A DNA stretch of 64,000 bases from a virus (Duplodnaviria; Caudoviricetes), in the IMG/VR virus record IMGVR_UViG_3300046779_001679, positions 1 to 64,000 of that record, one strand, 5' to 3'. Below, piece after piece: positions 8,145-17,056 of the stretch. Under the pieces are notes generated by a model that did not search any database, was not told the DNA's origin, and saw nothing but the letters and a program-made list of their open reading frames with translations. Position 1 is the stretch's first letter, and each line of letters begins with the position of its first letter. The position numbers were made by a program, and so were the translations under genes.

Positions 8145-9581
8145 TTACAGCTCGTCTTGAGGTAAGTTATTGATTAATTGTCTAAGTTTAGTACTTTCTA
8201 CTGTAGCTTTTACCTTAGGTACAGGAGCCGAGCTATTTGGATTCACTTCACCAGTAGTAGGATCAACTTCAACAGTTTGTCGATTTTTAATGCTTGCTAG
8301 CAATGAACTGCCTGCACTAGTTGACGCACTGTTTCCGTATGTTTCTTCTTCCTCAAGGTCGTTAATACGTAGAGTATCAAGGTTAAACTCTAAATCAAGT
8401 TTCATACCTACACCGCTTGAACTACGAGTCTTCATTAACTGAATTTGATAACGGCCACGTTCACGCATTGCACGACTTGTAAAAATACCGATAACGTTGT
8501 CAGCAGTTTGAATCTTTGACAAACCGCCCGAAATATGACTGTGGTCAAATTCTACTTCTTCAACAGCACTACGGTTTAACTGACTAGCTGTAACAAAGAT
8601 ACAATTCTTTTCCATAGCTAAGTTACGCAGTTCTTCTGATACGTATTTGTCTTTAATGAACAAGTTTTCTGCACTAATTTTGCGGCTAATAGGCATAAGC
8701 AAGTCTAAGTAGTCAACTAGCAATACATCGATTTTATGCCCCATTTTGATTTCATATTCTTTCAAATACGAACGAATGTCGTTACATGTTTTACCGCTAG
8801 GCATATACTTAACTTGGAACTTGCCTGACTTCTTGCCAAGAATCTTAACCTTCATTTCAACATCGTCGATACTTTTAAAAATCTCACGACTTGGGATTCC
8901 TGTCATCATACTATCAACACGCATTGATACAAGTTCTTCACTAAGTTCGAATGTTAAGTATAAGACATTAAGACCTTGCAATGCCCAGTTTACACCTAAG
9001 TTTGCTAAGAACAAAGATTTACCGCCGCCCGATGCTGCTGCAAAAATGTTTAGCTCGCCGCGGTTCATTCCGCCAAACAACTTGTTATCTAAACTCTTCC
9101 AGCCTGTGCTTACTTGTCCGTTCTTGTCTTTAATTTTCATTAATCGAGCTCTTGGATCTTCAAAGTAGTTTGTACCCATGTCTCTGTTAAGACCAATCTG
9201 AACAGCCGCTTTAATTTTTTCTTCTACTGGACCATACTCACCGTTTTCTAACATGTCAGCAGATTCAAGAATAGCTCTTTCTAGACCTTTGTGTCTTGTA
9301 AAGGTTTCGAAGTCATTCATTAACCAGTCATAATGCTCTTCGCGAAGATTATCAGGAACCTTAAAACTACTGTTAGTCGCTGCATTTACAATTTCTTGAG
9401 TTGGCATGAGACTATGTTCTTTAACATATTCGTTAATAAACTCTGCTGCCAACTGAAGTTTCTTGTCAAATAAAGAATGGTCAAAGATGCTTTGGCAACG
9501 ACTAAATGTTGCTGCATCACTTAACATCATTTCTAAATAGACTTTTTGTATTTCGTAACCGTAATCTGTGTTCTGTTTCAT
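8145..9581 (-). CDS. DnaB/T4 gp41-like replicative helicase
   Basis: Walker A AASGGGKS, LLVDYLDL, TASQLNR, IQTADNV, QLMKTR. Confidence 0.93.
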   Translation of the reverse strand: MKQNTDYGYEIQKVYLEMMLSDAATFSRCQSIFDHSLFDKKLQLAAEFINEYVKEHSLMPTQEIVNAATNSSFKVPDNLREEHYDWLMNDFETFTRHKGLERAILESADMLENGEYGPVEEKIKAAVQIGLNRDMGTNYFEDPRARLMKIKDKNGQVSTGWKSLDNKLFGGMNRGELNIFAAASGGGKSLFLANLGVNWALQGLNVLYLTFELSEELVSMRVDSMMTGIPSREIFKSIDDVEMKVKILGKKSGKFQVKYMPSGKTCNDIRSYLKEYEIKMGHKIDVLLVDYLDLLMPISRKISAENLFIKDKYVSEELRNLAMEKNCIFVTASQLNRSAVEEVEFDHSHISGGLSKIQTADNVIGIFTSRAMRERGRYQIQLMKTRSSSGVGMKLDLEFNLDTLRINDLEEEETYGNSASTSAGSSLLASIKNRQTVEVDPTTGEVNPNSSAPVPKVKATVESTKLRQLINNLPQDEL

Positions 9582-9599
9582 CTTATAATTTTATGCTCT

Positions 9600-10544
9600 T
9601 TATACGTTAATTGCGATGTGTTTGGCTTCACCGTATAACCAATTAACTCGCCATTGTGTATGATATAATACTGACCCAATAGAACTGCTAGGATCACCTG
9701 GGTTTGGTAAACTCCAAATGTACTTAAACTTTGGCTCTACAGCTATCTTGTTTGCTGCACTATTCATTGCACATCCGCCCATGTACACAAGGCTATCAGT
9801 TTTTACTAGTTCTTTTGCAAGTAACATAACACCATACACTTGCTCAGTAAATACTTCTTGAACTGCTGCGGCTATGTCACACTGATCTTGCAAACTAACT
9901 ATCTCATGAGGCCAATCATTTATACCACGATGCATATTTTTATGAGCATGTACTAAAGTGCCCATGTATTCTTTCACATCGTGATAGTAACGTTCTGGAT
10001 TACCATTCTCCGCCATTTGTTGCAACAAGTGTTCTTGTTTGATCGGCTCTAGTCCGCAGAGTTTTGTAAATGCACTATAGAACAAACCTAAGCTATGTGG
10101 ATAACTTTTACTCCAAACTTTAGTTAATGTTCCGTGTTTACCTTCCCATATACTAACACATTCAAATTCGCCAATAGCGTCAAGTACTACCACAGCACAA
10201 TGGTTAAATGGACTAGTAAAGTAACCAGCAGCGGCGTGACTACCGTGATGAGGAGTATAGGTAACAGGTGCATAATTTAGGCGTGCTTGTTTTAAATACC
10301 TACTTGGCAACACACTCATATTTAACGCCGTTTTATATTGTCCAGCATACACTTGCCTAGCTTTTTTAAGCCAAGGCTTTTCGTACCAAAATAATCTGTC
10401 AGGAGAATCCCAATGTAAACCTTGTCTAATATGCTCTTGTAGTAGCTCATCGGACGAACTAGCTTGCCAATATTTCAAATCCCCATTAGAAAATACAGCA
10501 AGACTAGATCCGTGATTTAATGCGTTTATGCCCCAGTATATCAT
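9600..10544 (-). CDS. Carbamoyltransferase N-terminal (Kae1-like) domain only
   Basis: NHGSSLA, HHGSHAAAGYFTSPF, VVLDAIGE, SLGLFYSAFT, GGCAMNSAAN, PGDPSSSIG; no C-terminal YrdC-like domain. Confidence 0.85.
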   Translation of the reverse strand: MIYWGINALNHGSSLAVFSNGDLKYWQASSSDELLQEHIRQGLHWDSPDRLFWYEKPWLKKARQVYAGQYKTALNMSVLPSRYLKQARLNYAPVTYTPHHGSHAAAGYFTSPFNHCAVVVLDAIGEFECVSIWEGKHGTLTKVWSKSYPHSLGLFYSAFTKLCGLEPIKQEHLLQQMAENGNPERYYHDVKEYMGTLVHAHKNMHRGINDWPHEIVSLQDQCDIAAAVQEVFTEQVYGVMLLAKELVKTDSLVYMGGCAMNSAANKIAVEPKFKYIWSLPNPGDPSSSIGSVLYHTQWRVNWLYGEAKHIAINV

Positions 10545-10654
10545 TTGTAAATAAATGGATCACGTTTACGTAGTTCAGCAATACGCTTTTTGTAAGCCCT
10601 GTGGTCTGCCCACATTCGCCAAGGTTTTAAAATAAAATCAATTATTCTTTTCAT
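10541..10654 (-). CDS. 37-aa basic peptide MKRIIDFILKPWRMWADHRAYKKRIAELRKRDPFIYK (not in ORF track)
   Basis: Start overlaps the primase 3' end; its TGA overlaps the next ATG (ATGA coupling); AAGGA upstream. Confidence 0.7.
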   Translation of the reverse strand: MKRIIDFILKPWRMWADHRAYKKRIAELRKRDPFIYK

Positions 10655-11648
10655 GTTTGTCCTTAAACCATTTTTTTGCACGCAGTTGAATCTTAAGGCT
10701 ACTAGATTCTTTTGCTTGTATAATTAGCCATAGTGTTGCAAGTTTGCCTAACTTAACAACAGCATCGTTGATATCTTTTACACCACTAGGCCATTCGGGC
10801 ATACTAACTGACCACCCGTATTCTATTGCTTGTTCCACTGTGCGTGGACCTTCGTGATCATTATCTGGAACTAGAATGATTTCTTTTCCTAGTTGTTTTA
10901 ACAACCAATTTTGACTGTCTTTAATTTCTGCACCAAGTAAAGCACATCCATCAATACTTAGCGCATCAAATGGACCTTCAGACACAATTACGAAATCTCG
11001 TTCGTATGTTTGTCTATCTAAATTAAACACATATCCCGGTTGCTGATCACTAAGGTATTTAGGTTTAGCATCATTAATAGCTCGTGCTGTATAACCTACA
11101 CATACCCTATCTTTATAAAACGGAATAATAACTCTGTTCTTAAATCCGAGTTTGCTTGTCCAGTAATATTTGTAACCGTATGGGTCTAACCCTCTGTTGT
11201 TTCGCAAGTAACAAAATACATTTATGAGATCTTGGTCTGTATTTTCCCAACCTTGCATTTCAATCCAAGTGGACCACTCTTCTAAACTCTTAGCACCTTC
11301 TGGTAACGCTACTTCATTAAATGTTGGAATAATGTTTCTTACAAATGAAACATCGCTTTCTTGCTGTCGTAGCGCATCAAGTCTAAGTTGGTTAATGACA
11401 TCATTGGGTACTGACAACAATGACAAAAACTTTTGCATCTTGTTGTTAATAGTCCAACCGGGTTTCCAACTTGCTTTAAAGCCGCAATTAAAACAATGAT
11501 AGCTTACTGTATCATCTGTATTAAAGATAATGCCGCCGCGTTGTTTTTTATCTCCGCAGCAAGGGGCATTAAAAGATGTCCAACCACTAAGGGTTACTTT
11601 CTTTTTACCCGGCAAGTATGCTTTAATTGTATCGATGATAAGGCTCAT
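10638..11648 (-). CDS. DNA primase (T4 gp61/DnaG-like)
   Basis: Zn ligands PCC...YHCFNC; GYTAR; TOPRIM motifs VSEGPFDA and PDND. Confidence 0.9.
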   Translation of the reverse strand: MSLIIDTIKAYLPGKKKVTLSGWTSFNAPCCGDKKQRGGIIFNTDDTVSYHCFNCGFKASWKPGWTINNKMQKFLSLLSVPNDVINQLRLDALRQQESDVSFVRNIIPTFNEVALPEGAKSLEEWSTWIEMQGWENTDQDLINVFCYLRNNRGLDPYGYKYYWTSKLGFKNRVIIPFYKDRVCVGYTARAINDAKPKYLSDQQPGYVFNLDRQTYERDFVIVSEGPFDALSIDGCALLGAEIKDSQNWLLKQLGKEIILVPDNDHEGPRTVEQAIEYGWSVSMPEWPSGVKDINDAVVKLGKLATLWLIIQAKESSSLKIQLRAKKWFKDKHEKNN

Positions 11649-11654
11649 TGCCCT

Positions 11655-11684
11655 ATTGTAATTAACTTAGTGTTATTTTGTCAA
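11655..11684 (-). promoter_or_regulatory. sigma70-type promoter TTGACA-18-TACAAT, leaderless to primase
   Basis: Hexamers at 11679-11684 and 11655-11660; ATG 6 nt downstream. Confidence 0.75.
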
Positions 11685-12750
11685 CAACTCCGGCATAATT
11701 AATGCCAGAAACTGAGTAAGTTCCAGCACCGTCTGATGCAGTGCCAGTCCATGTAAATGACGTAATTGAACTAACTGCATAACTAGAAATGCCGCCTTCT
11801 AGAGAAGTAACTGTGATGTATAAGTCGTTTGTTACATCAACGCCGCCTAGTAAACTACCAGGAACTCTAAGTACAGCACCAACACCGTAACCGGTGCCGC
11901 CTTTTTCTAAAGTAACGTTGTACACACTATTTTCTTTTGTTACTCTAAATATAGCACTTCTTCCATTTAATGTCGGTGTCTGATATGATACTCTGAAATG
12001 TGTGTAATCTCCAATTGGCAAAGCTGAACCAAATGGAATAGTACCTGTAAACAAATCAGTATCCCATATCCAAGATCCAAATGGTTTGCCGGCACTGCGC
12101 CATGACTCAACACTGATAGTATCCGATGTCGCTGCTTCGATCCAAATAGTTCCTTTAAACCCAATAACGTCAATTGCTAGGTCAACTGATGTAGTTTTAA
12201 TTGCTTCGTAAAACTTAACAGGGATTGCACTGCTGTGATATATTGGATTACCATTGAGATCAATTTCTGCTGTAAAGTCTTTGTAAACTTTAGGAGCTCT
12301 TATAACTGGCATGGCATCAGTAATTAATTCAATTGTTCCTGCTAGGCCAAATCTTGTATCACCGTAAAGAGGAATTGTGTTTGTTCCTTTAGTAGCGGTT
12401 ACACTATATGATAAAAATTGATGATCTAAACCGTCAAGGTCTGCGCTAGGAATGGTTGCAGTTGCTATACCCTTAATTGTTGCACTAGGAGTAACTGTGT
12501 AAGGACTGTTAGGAAGGGCATACCCACTTGCGTCCATTACGTTTAATTGCATGTTTGTTATCTCAGGTGTTGACACTAATTCCAAACGTTTCTCGTCTGC
12601 GTTTTTTATGTCAAACTCAAGGACATTATCTACACCCTTATAAATTTTAACTGTTCTTTGATACACGTTTGTAAACTCCACATTGAAGCCCGCCAAATCA
12701 GCTAATAACTGAATCCTATTTGGATATAAATATGTTGAGATTTTTTGCAT
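11662..12750 (-). CDS. Putative virion structural protein with one beta-rich fibre-type repeat
   Basis: YNVTLEKGGTGYGVG...GSLLGGVDVTNDLYITV matches repeats in the giant tail genes; TAAATA upstream. Confidence 0.65.
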   Translation of the reverse strand: MQKISTYLYPNRIQLLADLAGFNVEFTNVYQRTVKIYKGVDNVLEFDIKNADEKRLELVSTPEITNMQLNVMDASGYALPNSPYTVTPSATIKGIATATIPSADLDGLDHQFLSYSVTATKGTNTIPLYGDTRFGLAGTIELITDAMPVIRAPKVYKDFTAEIDLNGNPIYHSSAIPVKFYEAIKTTSVDLAIDVIGFKGTIWIEAATSDTISVESWRSAGKPFGSWIWDTDLFTGTIPFGSALPIGDYTHFRVSYQTPTLNGRSAIFRVTKENSVYNVTLEKGGTGYGVGAVLRVPGSLLGGVDVTNDLYITVTSLEGGISSYAVSSITSFTWTGTASDGAGTYSVSGINYAGVVDKITLS

Positions 12751-12776
12751 TCTGGCAAACCTATAATATAGTATTT

Positions 12777-13151
12777 ATGGCAAAATTAAGAGAAGATATA
12801 GAACAAAATTTACCGTTTATTTCGGTCATTAACTACGGCGGAGAAGAGTACATAGGAATTATCATTAACCAAGATCAATTTGTTACTAGCTTCTATGATC
12901 TAAATGCTATCAAAACCCCAGAGGAAAAACAAGCATTTTTAGAAGTAGGCGAAACTTGGTGGTGGGAAAGCAATAGACAATTTCCAATCAGTATTTTCTG
13001 TAAAGAGCAAATTCACCCGTTCGCGTATGCGATTAAAACTTTTAACAGTAAAGATGTTAGAGTTATATTAGGGCCCGTGGTTAACCTAATGAACTTAACT
13101 CTTAAAAGAGTAAAACGTAAAAGTGTTCAACTAGTTAGAAGAACTCGTTAA
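12777..13151 (+). CDS. Hypothetical protein (MAKLREDIE...WWWESNR)
   Basis: In-frame ATG 12777 within track ORF 12720..13151. Confidence 0.7.
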   Translation: MAKLREDIEQNLPFISVINYGGEEYIGIIINQDQFVTSFYDLNAIKTPEEKQAFLEVGETWWWESNRQFPISIFCKEQIHPFAYAIKTFNSKDVRVILGPVVNLMNLTLKRVKRKSVQLVRRTR

Positions 13152-13726
13152 CTGTAACCGTAACTTATCTTTTCGCAGATTAAATTCATCTGCACAACAA
13201 CTACATGAGCATATGCAATGGCGTGTGCTTTCTTAAAGTAGTAATCACCGTTCTCCGGCTTCGTCCAAATCTCCGTACCAATCTCCGTCCAAGTCTTCCC
13301 AATTAGGTGTTTCTTTGCAGGGCGGATTAAAGCGAGACACATTGCCAATTCTTCTATAGAAGAAGGTTTCATCTGTCTCAATAAGCTCCCGTGCCCATTT
13401 ACGTGGAATAGTAAATCCGTGAAATCGTCTTGTTCCAGTAAGTCCCATAGTGGTTCAGTCTCCATAAGTTGTTTAAGATGCTGCCTGTCTTTTACACCTT
13501 CGTATACACTTACATTAAGAAAATCTATCTTAAAATAACCTCTATCTTCTGCTTCTTTGTAGTCTATAGTACTTAACCCCGTAAAAGGATTGTACGGAAT
13601 AGGAGTACAATACACACCAGTATTGTGCTTTTTAAAAGTGCCATTATCTCCAATGGCAGCTACTACATGCTTGAACTTATCAAGTGCTTTACTTCGATCT
13701 GCAAAGTCGATATCGATATCTGGCAT
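13148..13726 (-). CDS. dnaE: Minimal DNA polymerase III alpha (family C/DnaE) catalytic core, 192 aa
   Basis: PDIDIDF, HNTGV, KIDFL, LALIRP and FKKAHAIAY correspond in order to DnaE motifs PDFDVDF, HAGG, KFDFL, ALFRP and FNKSHSAAY. Confidence 0.85.
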   Translation of the reverse strand: MPDIDIDFADRSKALDKFKHVVAAIGDNGTFKKHNTGVYCTPIPYNPFTGLSTIDYKEAEDRGYFKIDFLNVSVYEGVKDRQHLKQLMETEPLWDLLEQDDFTDLLFHVNGHGSLLRQMKPSSIEELAMCLALIRPAKKHLIGKTWTEIGTEIWTKPENGDYYFKKAHAIAYAHVVVVQMNLICEKISYGYS

Positions 13727-13920
13727 TAGTGTTTTACCTCTGATTCAAATAACATCAACGGTAATACTTCTGTTAAGTATTCTGCATACTTGTCAGCTTC
13801 GTTAATATCGTCAAATCCTGAAATCTTAACATACACTGAGTTGTCTTCTTCTGATACTAACACTTTCATGTCCAACTGGAGAGCATCTGGATTTGTGTTA
13901 ACGTGATTGGTACTTGTCAT
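13726..13920 (-). CDS. Small acidic hypothetical protein
   Basis: Translationally coupled to both neighbours. Confidence 0.6.
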   Translation of the reverse strand: MTSTNHVNTNPDALQLDMKVLVSEEDNSVYVKISGFDDINEADKYAEYLTEVLPLMLFESEVKH

Positions 13921-14609
13921 ATTTTAGATTCCTTAACAACTTCTTTTACTAGCTCTACATCTGCTGGCATTTTTTTAAATTTATTGAGCCAATATGGAAC
14001 GTCCATAATTGTGCCAATTGCTGCTAACTGTTCGTCATTAAAGTTGCGTAACATATCTTTGCCATTCTTTGAATTTAAAACAATCCACGGGCTAATTTTA
14101 CCATCTTTAATGTCATACATAACTCTATTTAAACTTGCATAAAGGAAGTAATGATTCCATTGGGCATTGTTGTTATCACCCCATTTAATCATAGTTTCAA
14201 TGCTTCGTTCAAGGGCAACTTCAACTGGTTCTTTTTTAATTAGATAAACAACGTATTTGTCATACAGTTCATCCCTGCACCAATGATCTAGTTTAACTCC
14301 GCTTTGAACAACGTAGTCCAAAAACTTATCAGGGTATAATGGATTAACGTTACTAACAAAACTTCCAAACTTTACAAATTGATTGTAGTATGGGCTTTTT
14401 GCAAACTCATCATAAGTTTTTACACCATTAAAGTTTTGATTAAACTTGTAAAATCGGTTATAAGTATCATATCCTATAACAACATGTTTTTCAGTTTTTG
14501 CTAACGCTCTACGTTTTTGCTCGCAGACATGCACAGACAAAGTCTTTTCTTTAGCAAACTTATGTCCGCAGTACTGACAAACGTAGGGTTGTTCAGCTAG
14601 TGCCATCAT
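13917..14609 (-). CDS. Hypothetical protein with N-terminal C2H2/C2HC-type zinc finger
   Basis: YVCQYCGHKFAKEKTLSVHVC. Confidence 0.75.
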   Translation of the reverse strand: MMALAEQPYVCQYCGHKFAKEKTLSVHVCEQKRRALAKTEKHVVIGYDTYNRFYKFNQNFNGVKTYDEFAKSPYYNQFVKFGSFVSNVNPLYPDKFLDYVVQSGVKLDHWCRDELYDKYVVYLIKKEPVEVALERSIETMIKWGDNNNAQWNHYFLYASLNRVMYDIKDGKISPWIVLNSKNGKDMLRNFNDEQLAAIGTIMDVPYWLNKFKKMPADVELVKEVVKESKI

Positions 14610-15088
14610 TTAACAATTTTCTTAATAGTTGCGTCATCGATTCCGTGATCTTTTGCTAGCTCTTTAAACTCTTTGTCAGTCATAATTTTTGCTAGCAATT
14701 CAATCTCATCTTCCTTCATTGTAGGAAAGAAACTTAGTAACATTGGAATCTTTTTATTACTAGACATGCGTTTAGTTGGAAGCCATTCGTGGAAATAAGT
14801 TTTTCCATCATTAACACTACACATGCAAAGTAGAAACCAAAGAAGTTTTGCATCTTCTTTTTGCAAAGCATTCCAGTTCTTATTATAGTATTCGTTTACT
14901 GTTAAAACAAAGTGTTCTTGGAGATCTCGACTGCTGTGTTTTACACTGCTAATGTATCGATTAAGGTTCCACATGTCGCCTTTGATTTCCTTGCGACCTT
15001 CGTCAGTAGTTGCATCCCACAGTTCCTTAACATTTAAGTCAACTGCTGGAATAATATCTTTAAATAGGTCTACATGCTTATTTGACAT
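14606..15088 (-). CDS. Clamp-loader small subunit (T4 gp62-like)
   Basis: Size, WNLNRYISS, FHEWLP.K and FP.MKEDEIELLA patterns; replication-operon context. Confidence 0.6.
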   Translation of the reverse strand: MSNKHVDLFKDIIPAVDLNVKELWDATTDEGRKEIKGDMWNLNRYISSVKHSSRDLQEHFVLTVNEYYNKNWNALQKEDAKLLWFLLCMCSVNDGKTYFHEWLPTKRMSSNKKIPMLLSFFPTMKEDEIELLAKIMTDKEFKELAKDHGIDDATIKKIVK

Positions 15089-15704
15089 CTGGTTCTAACC
15101 TCGCATCGAATGCCATTACAATTCTGCTTCCATTGCCTTTCCAAGGATAAACGGTATGTGGTATTACACTTGGGAATAAAATAATACTGCCTGCTTGTGG
15201 TTTATAGTTCCAAGTATCACTCATTACAAATCTAGTAATGTCTCTTGTTTGAGGTAATTTAAACGCAATATGTGCATCACAAGGATTACTATCATCAGGC
15301 AAGTCTGGAACACTAATGTACATGTTACCGCTCAAGTTGCCGCCTGGGTGTGTATGCAACTCTTGATAGTGCCCAGCTTCTTGTTTAATAGTCCAAATAC
15401 TAGTGACTACCGGCTTACATAGCTTGAGATCTTCTTTACCACTTTGTGCTGTGATAATTTCCATATAACCTCTGCAAACTAGTTCTAAATATTTTACAAG
15501 CCAGTCTACGTTAACACCTAGTGTATTTGGATACACTTGAATTTGTTGTCCTCCGCGAATACTAATTAGCGGATTCATTGCATCATTTAATTCTGGATGA
15601 TTGTGCAATTCACTTGCAAGATTAAAAATTTTACTAAATTCAACAGGCGGTATTTGATCAACTGCAATAACCGTTGGTTGAAAGTATGCTACATGCAATG
15701 CCAT
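15078..15704 (-). CDS. 2OG-Fe(II) oxygenase-like protein (TIGR02466-type, HxH)
   Basis: HTHPGGNLSGNMYI...FPSVIPHTVYP...RIVMAF. Confidence 0.8.
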   Translation of the reverse strand: MALHVAYFQPTVIAVDQIPPVEFSKIFNLASELHNHPELNDAMNPLISIRGGQQIQVYPNTLGVNVDWLVKYLELVCRGYMEIITAQSGKEDLKLCKPVVTSIWTIKQEAGHYQELHTHPGGNLSGNMYISVPDLPDDSNPCDAHIAFKLPQTRDITRFVMSDTWNYKPQAGSIILFPSVIPHTVYPWKGNGSRIVMAFDARLEPDVK

Positions 15705-15967
15705 TATGTTTGTTCCTCACTGAGTTTATAGATCATTATAGCACGATCTAATGCAGATTTTAAAGTGATATTGGTTTTTGCTTTTCGCCGAATGTCGGAC
15801 CACATCATATCTTCCTGCATTTCTTTTTCAATTTCTTCTTTAGATCGTACTACATTTGGGTAGTCCATGCCTATAATTGTTCTTTCACCCGAGCCAAATT
15901 CTCTGGCATATGTAACGCCATTTGCTCGTTCATATATGTAAGTAGCACCAGGAGTTAAGTTTCCCAT
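15704..15967 (-). CDS. Small hypothetical protein
   Basis: Coupled ORF with 1-nt overlaps on both sides. Confidence 0.65.
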   Translation of the reverse strand: MGNLTPGATYIYERANGVTYAREFGSGERTIIGMDYPNVVRSKEEIEKEMQEDMMWSDIRRKAKTNITLKSALDRAIMIYKLSEEQT

Positions 15968-16548
15968 TATTCGATCCTTGTTGTATTAAATGCAAGTGAA
16001 ATACGCTCTACATCCGATGTGTTCGGTCCTACACAATGTGGCAAGTAACTTGGGAACATAATAATAGTTCCAGGTATAGGATCAATTGCTCGTGTTTCGC
16101 CTGCGAATTCATTGCGTTCAGGGCATGAATTAAATCCTTCCCATAAATGTATAGGTGCAGGATTAGTCAAGTATAGTTTGCCGCTACCTTTTGGAACTTG
16201 CAGATAAAATACTCCAGAAATTACACCACCATGTATATGCTGTAGATTAAACGCACCTGGAGTATCGTTTATATTAACCCATGACTCCATTACTCTCAAA
16301 TTTCCTCGCAAGCCAATAGACTCGGCTGCTTGATTTGTTATAAGAGTAATGAAATCAAATAATGGCTTAAATTCAGGTGCTTCGTGAACCAATGTTTTAC
16401 TATGTTTGCCGTTTACGTTTGATCGAATTTCTTCGGGATACCGACTCATGTAACTTTTTAAATCAGTAATAAGCGTATCCTTAAGAATATCAAAATTGGG
16501 ATATTGAATATCCCAAATAGGAACAGCAAATAAAGTATTAACGATCAT
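15967..16548 (-). CDS. 2OG-Fe(II) oxygenase-like protein (TIGR02466-type, HxH)
   Basis: HIHGGVISGVFYL...FPSYLPHCVGP...RISLAFN. Confidence 0.85.
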   Translation of the reverse strand: MIVNTLFAVPIWDIQYPNFDILKDTLITDLKSYMSRYPEEIRSNVNGKHSKTLVHEAPEFKPLFDFITLITNQAAESIGLRGNLRVMESWVNINDTPGAFNLQHIHGGVISGVFYLQVPKGSGKLYLTNPAPIHLWEGFNSCPERNEFAGETRAIDPIPGTIIMFPSYLPHCVGPNTSDVERISLAFNTTRIE

Positions 16549-17051
16549 AGTATTTTGTCTAATTGAATAATTTCACTTTGTCTGCTAATTTCTTTTACAA
16601 AATATGCACATGGCGGTTTTTCGCCATATCTTGTTGGAACTGAAAGTAGCTGCCCATTTTTCATTTTAGGAAAATACCATTTGACATCGTTGTAAAAATT
16701 AACAATTTCAATCTTCTTAAATTCAACTCTAAAACTACTAAGTGGATTGAATATTAGTGCTTCAAATCCTCTGTCATTTAAGCTAGTTAATGGTAAAATT
16801 TCAATATCGCTAGCACACGTACTATCCCCAACTGCAATGCTCCAATCAATCGGCATTGTTACTTCATCTTCTCCGATTCTTAAAACCATTGCCGGTGCGT
16901 TGAAACTTTCTAAAAATATCAACGGCATAAAAAAGAAATCCGGCTCTGTTGGGTTGCTGTTATCTAGTACTGCAAATCTTGTGCTATCGTCAACCTCGTC
17001 TGGTAAATTGTTTAAGTTGAACGTAGTGTTATCTAATGTTAGTATTTGCAT
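16545..17051 (-). CDS. Beta-rich hypothetical protein (MQILTLDN...)
   Basis: AAGGA precedes ATG 17051; coupled to the UvsW gene. Confidence 0.7.
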   Translation of the reverse strand: MQILTLDNTTFNLNNLPDEVDDSTRFAVLDNSNPTEPDFFFMPLIFLESFNAPAMVLRIGEDEVTMPIDWSIAVGDSTCASDIEILPLTSLNDRGFEALIFNPLSSFRVEFKKIEIVNFYNDVKWYFPKMKNGQLLSVPTRYGEKPPCAYFVKEISRQSEIIQLDKIL

Positions 17052-17056
17052 AATCC

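Noticed and set aside
12777-13151. 4-nt TTAA convergent stop overlaps (13148-13151 and 40762-40765)
   Set aside because: Common consequence of dense packing with TAA stops
16545-17051. Possible Hint/intein-like fold
   Set aside because: No N-terminal Cys/Ser, TxxH or terminal His-Asn; resemblance limited to beta-rich character
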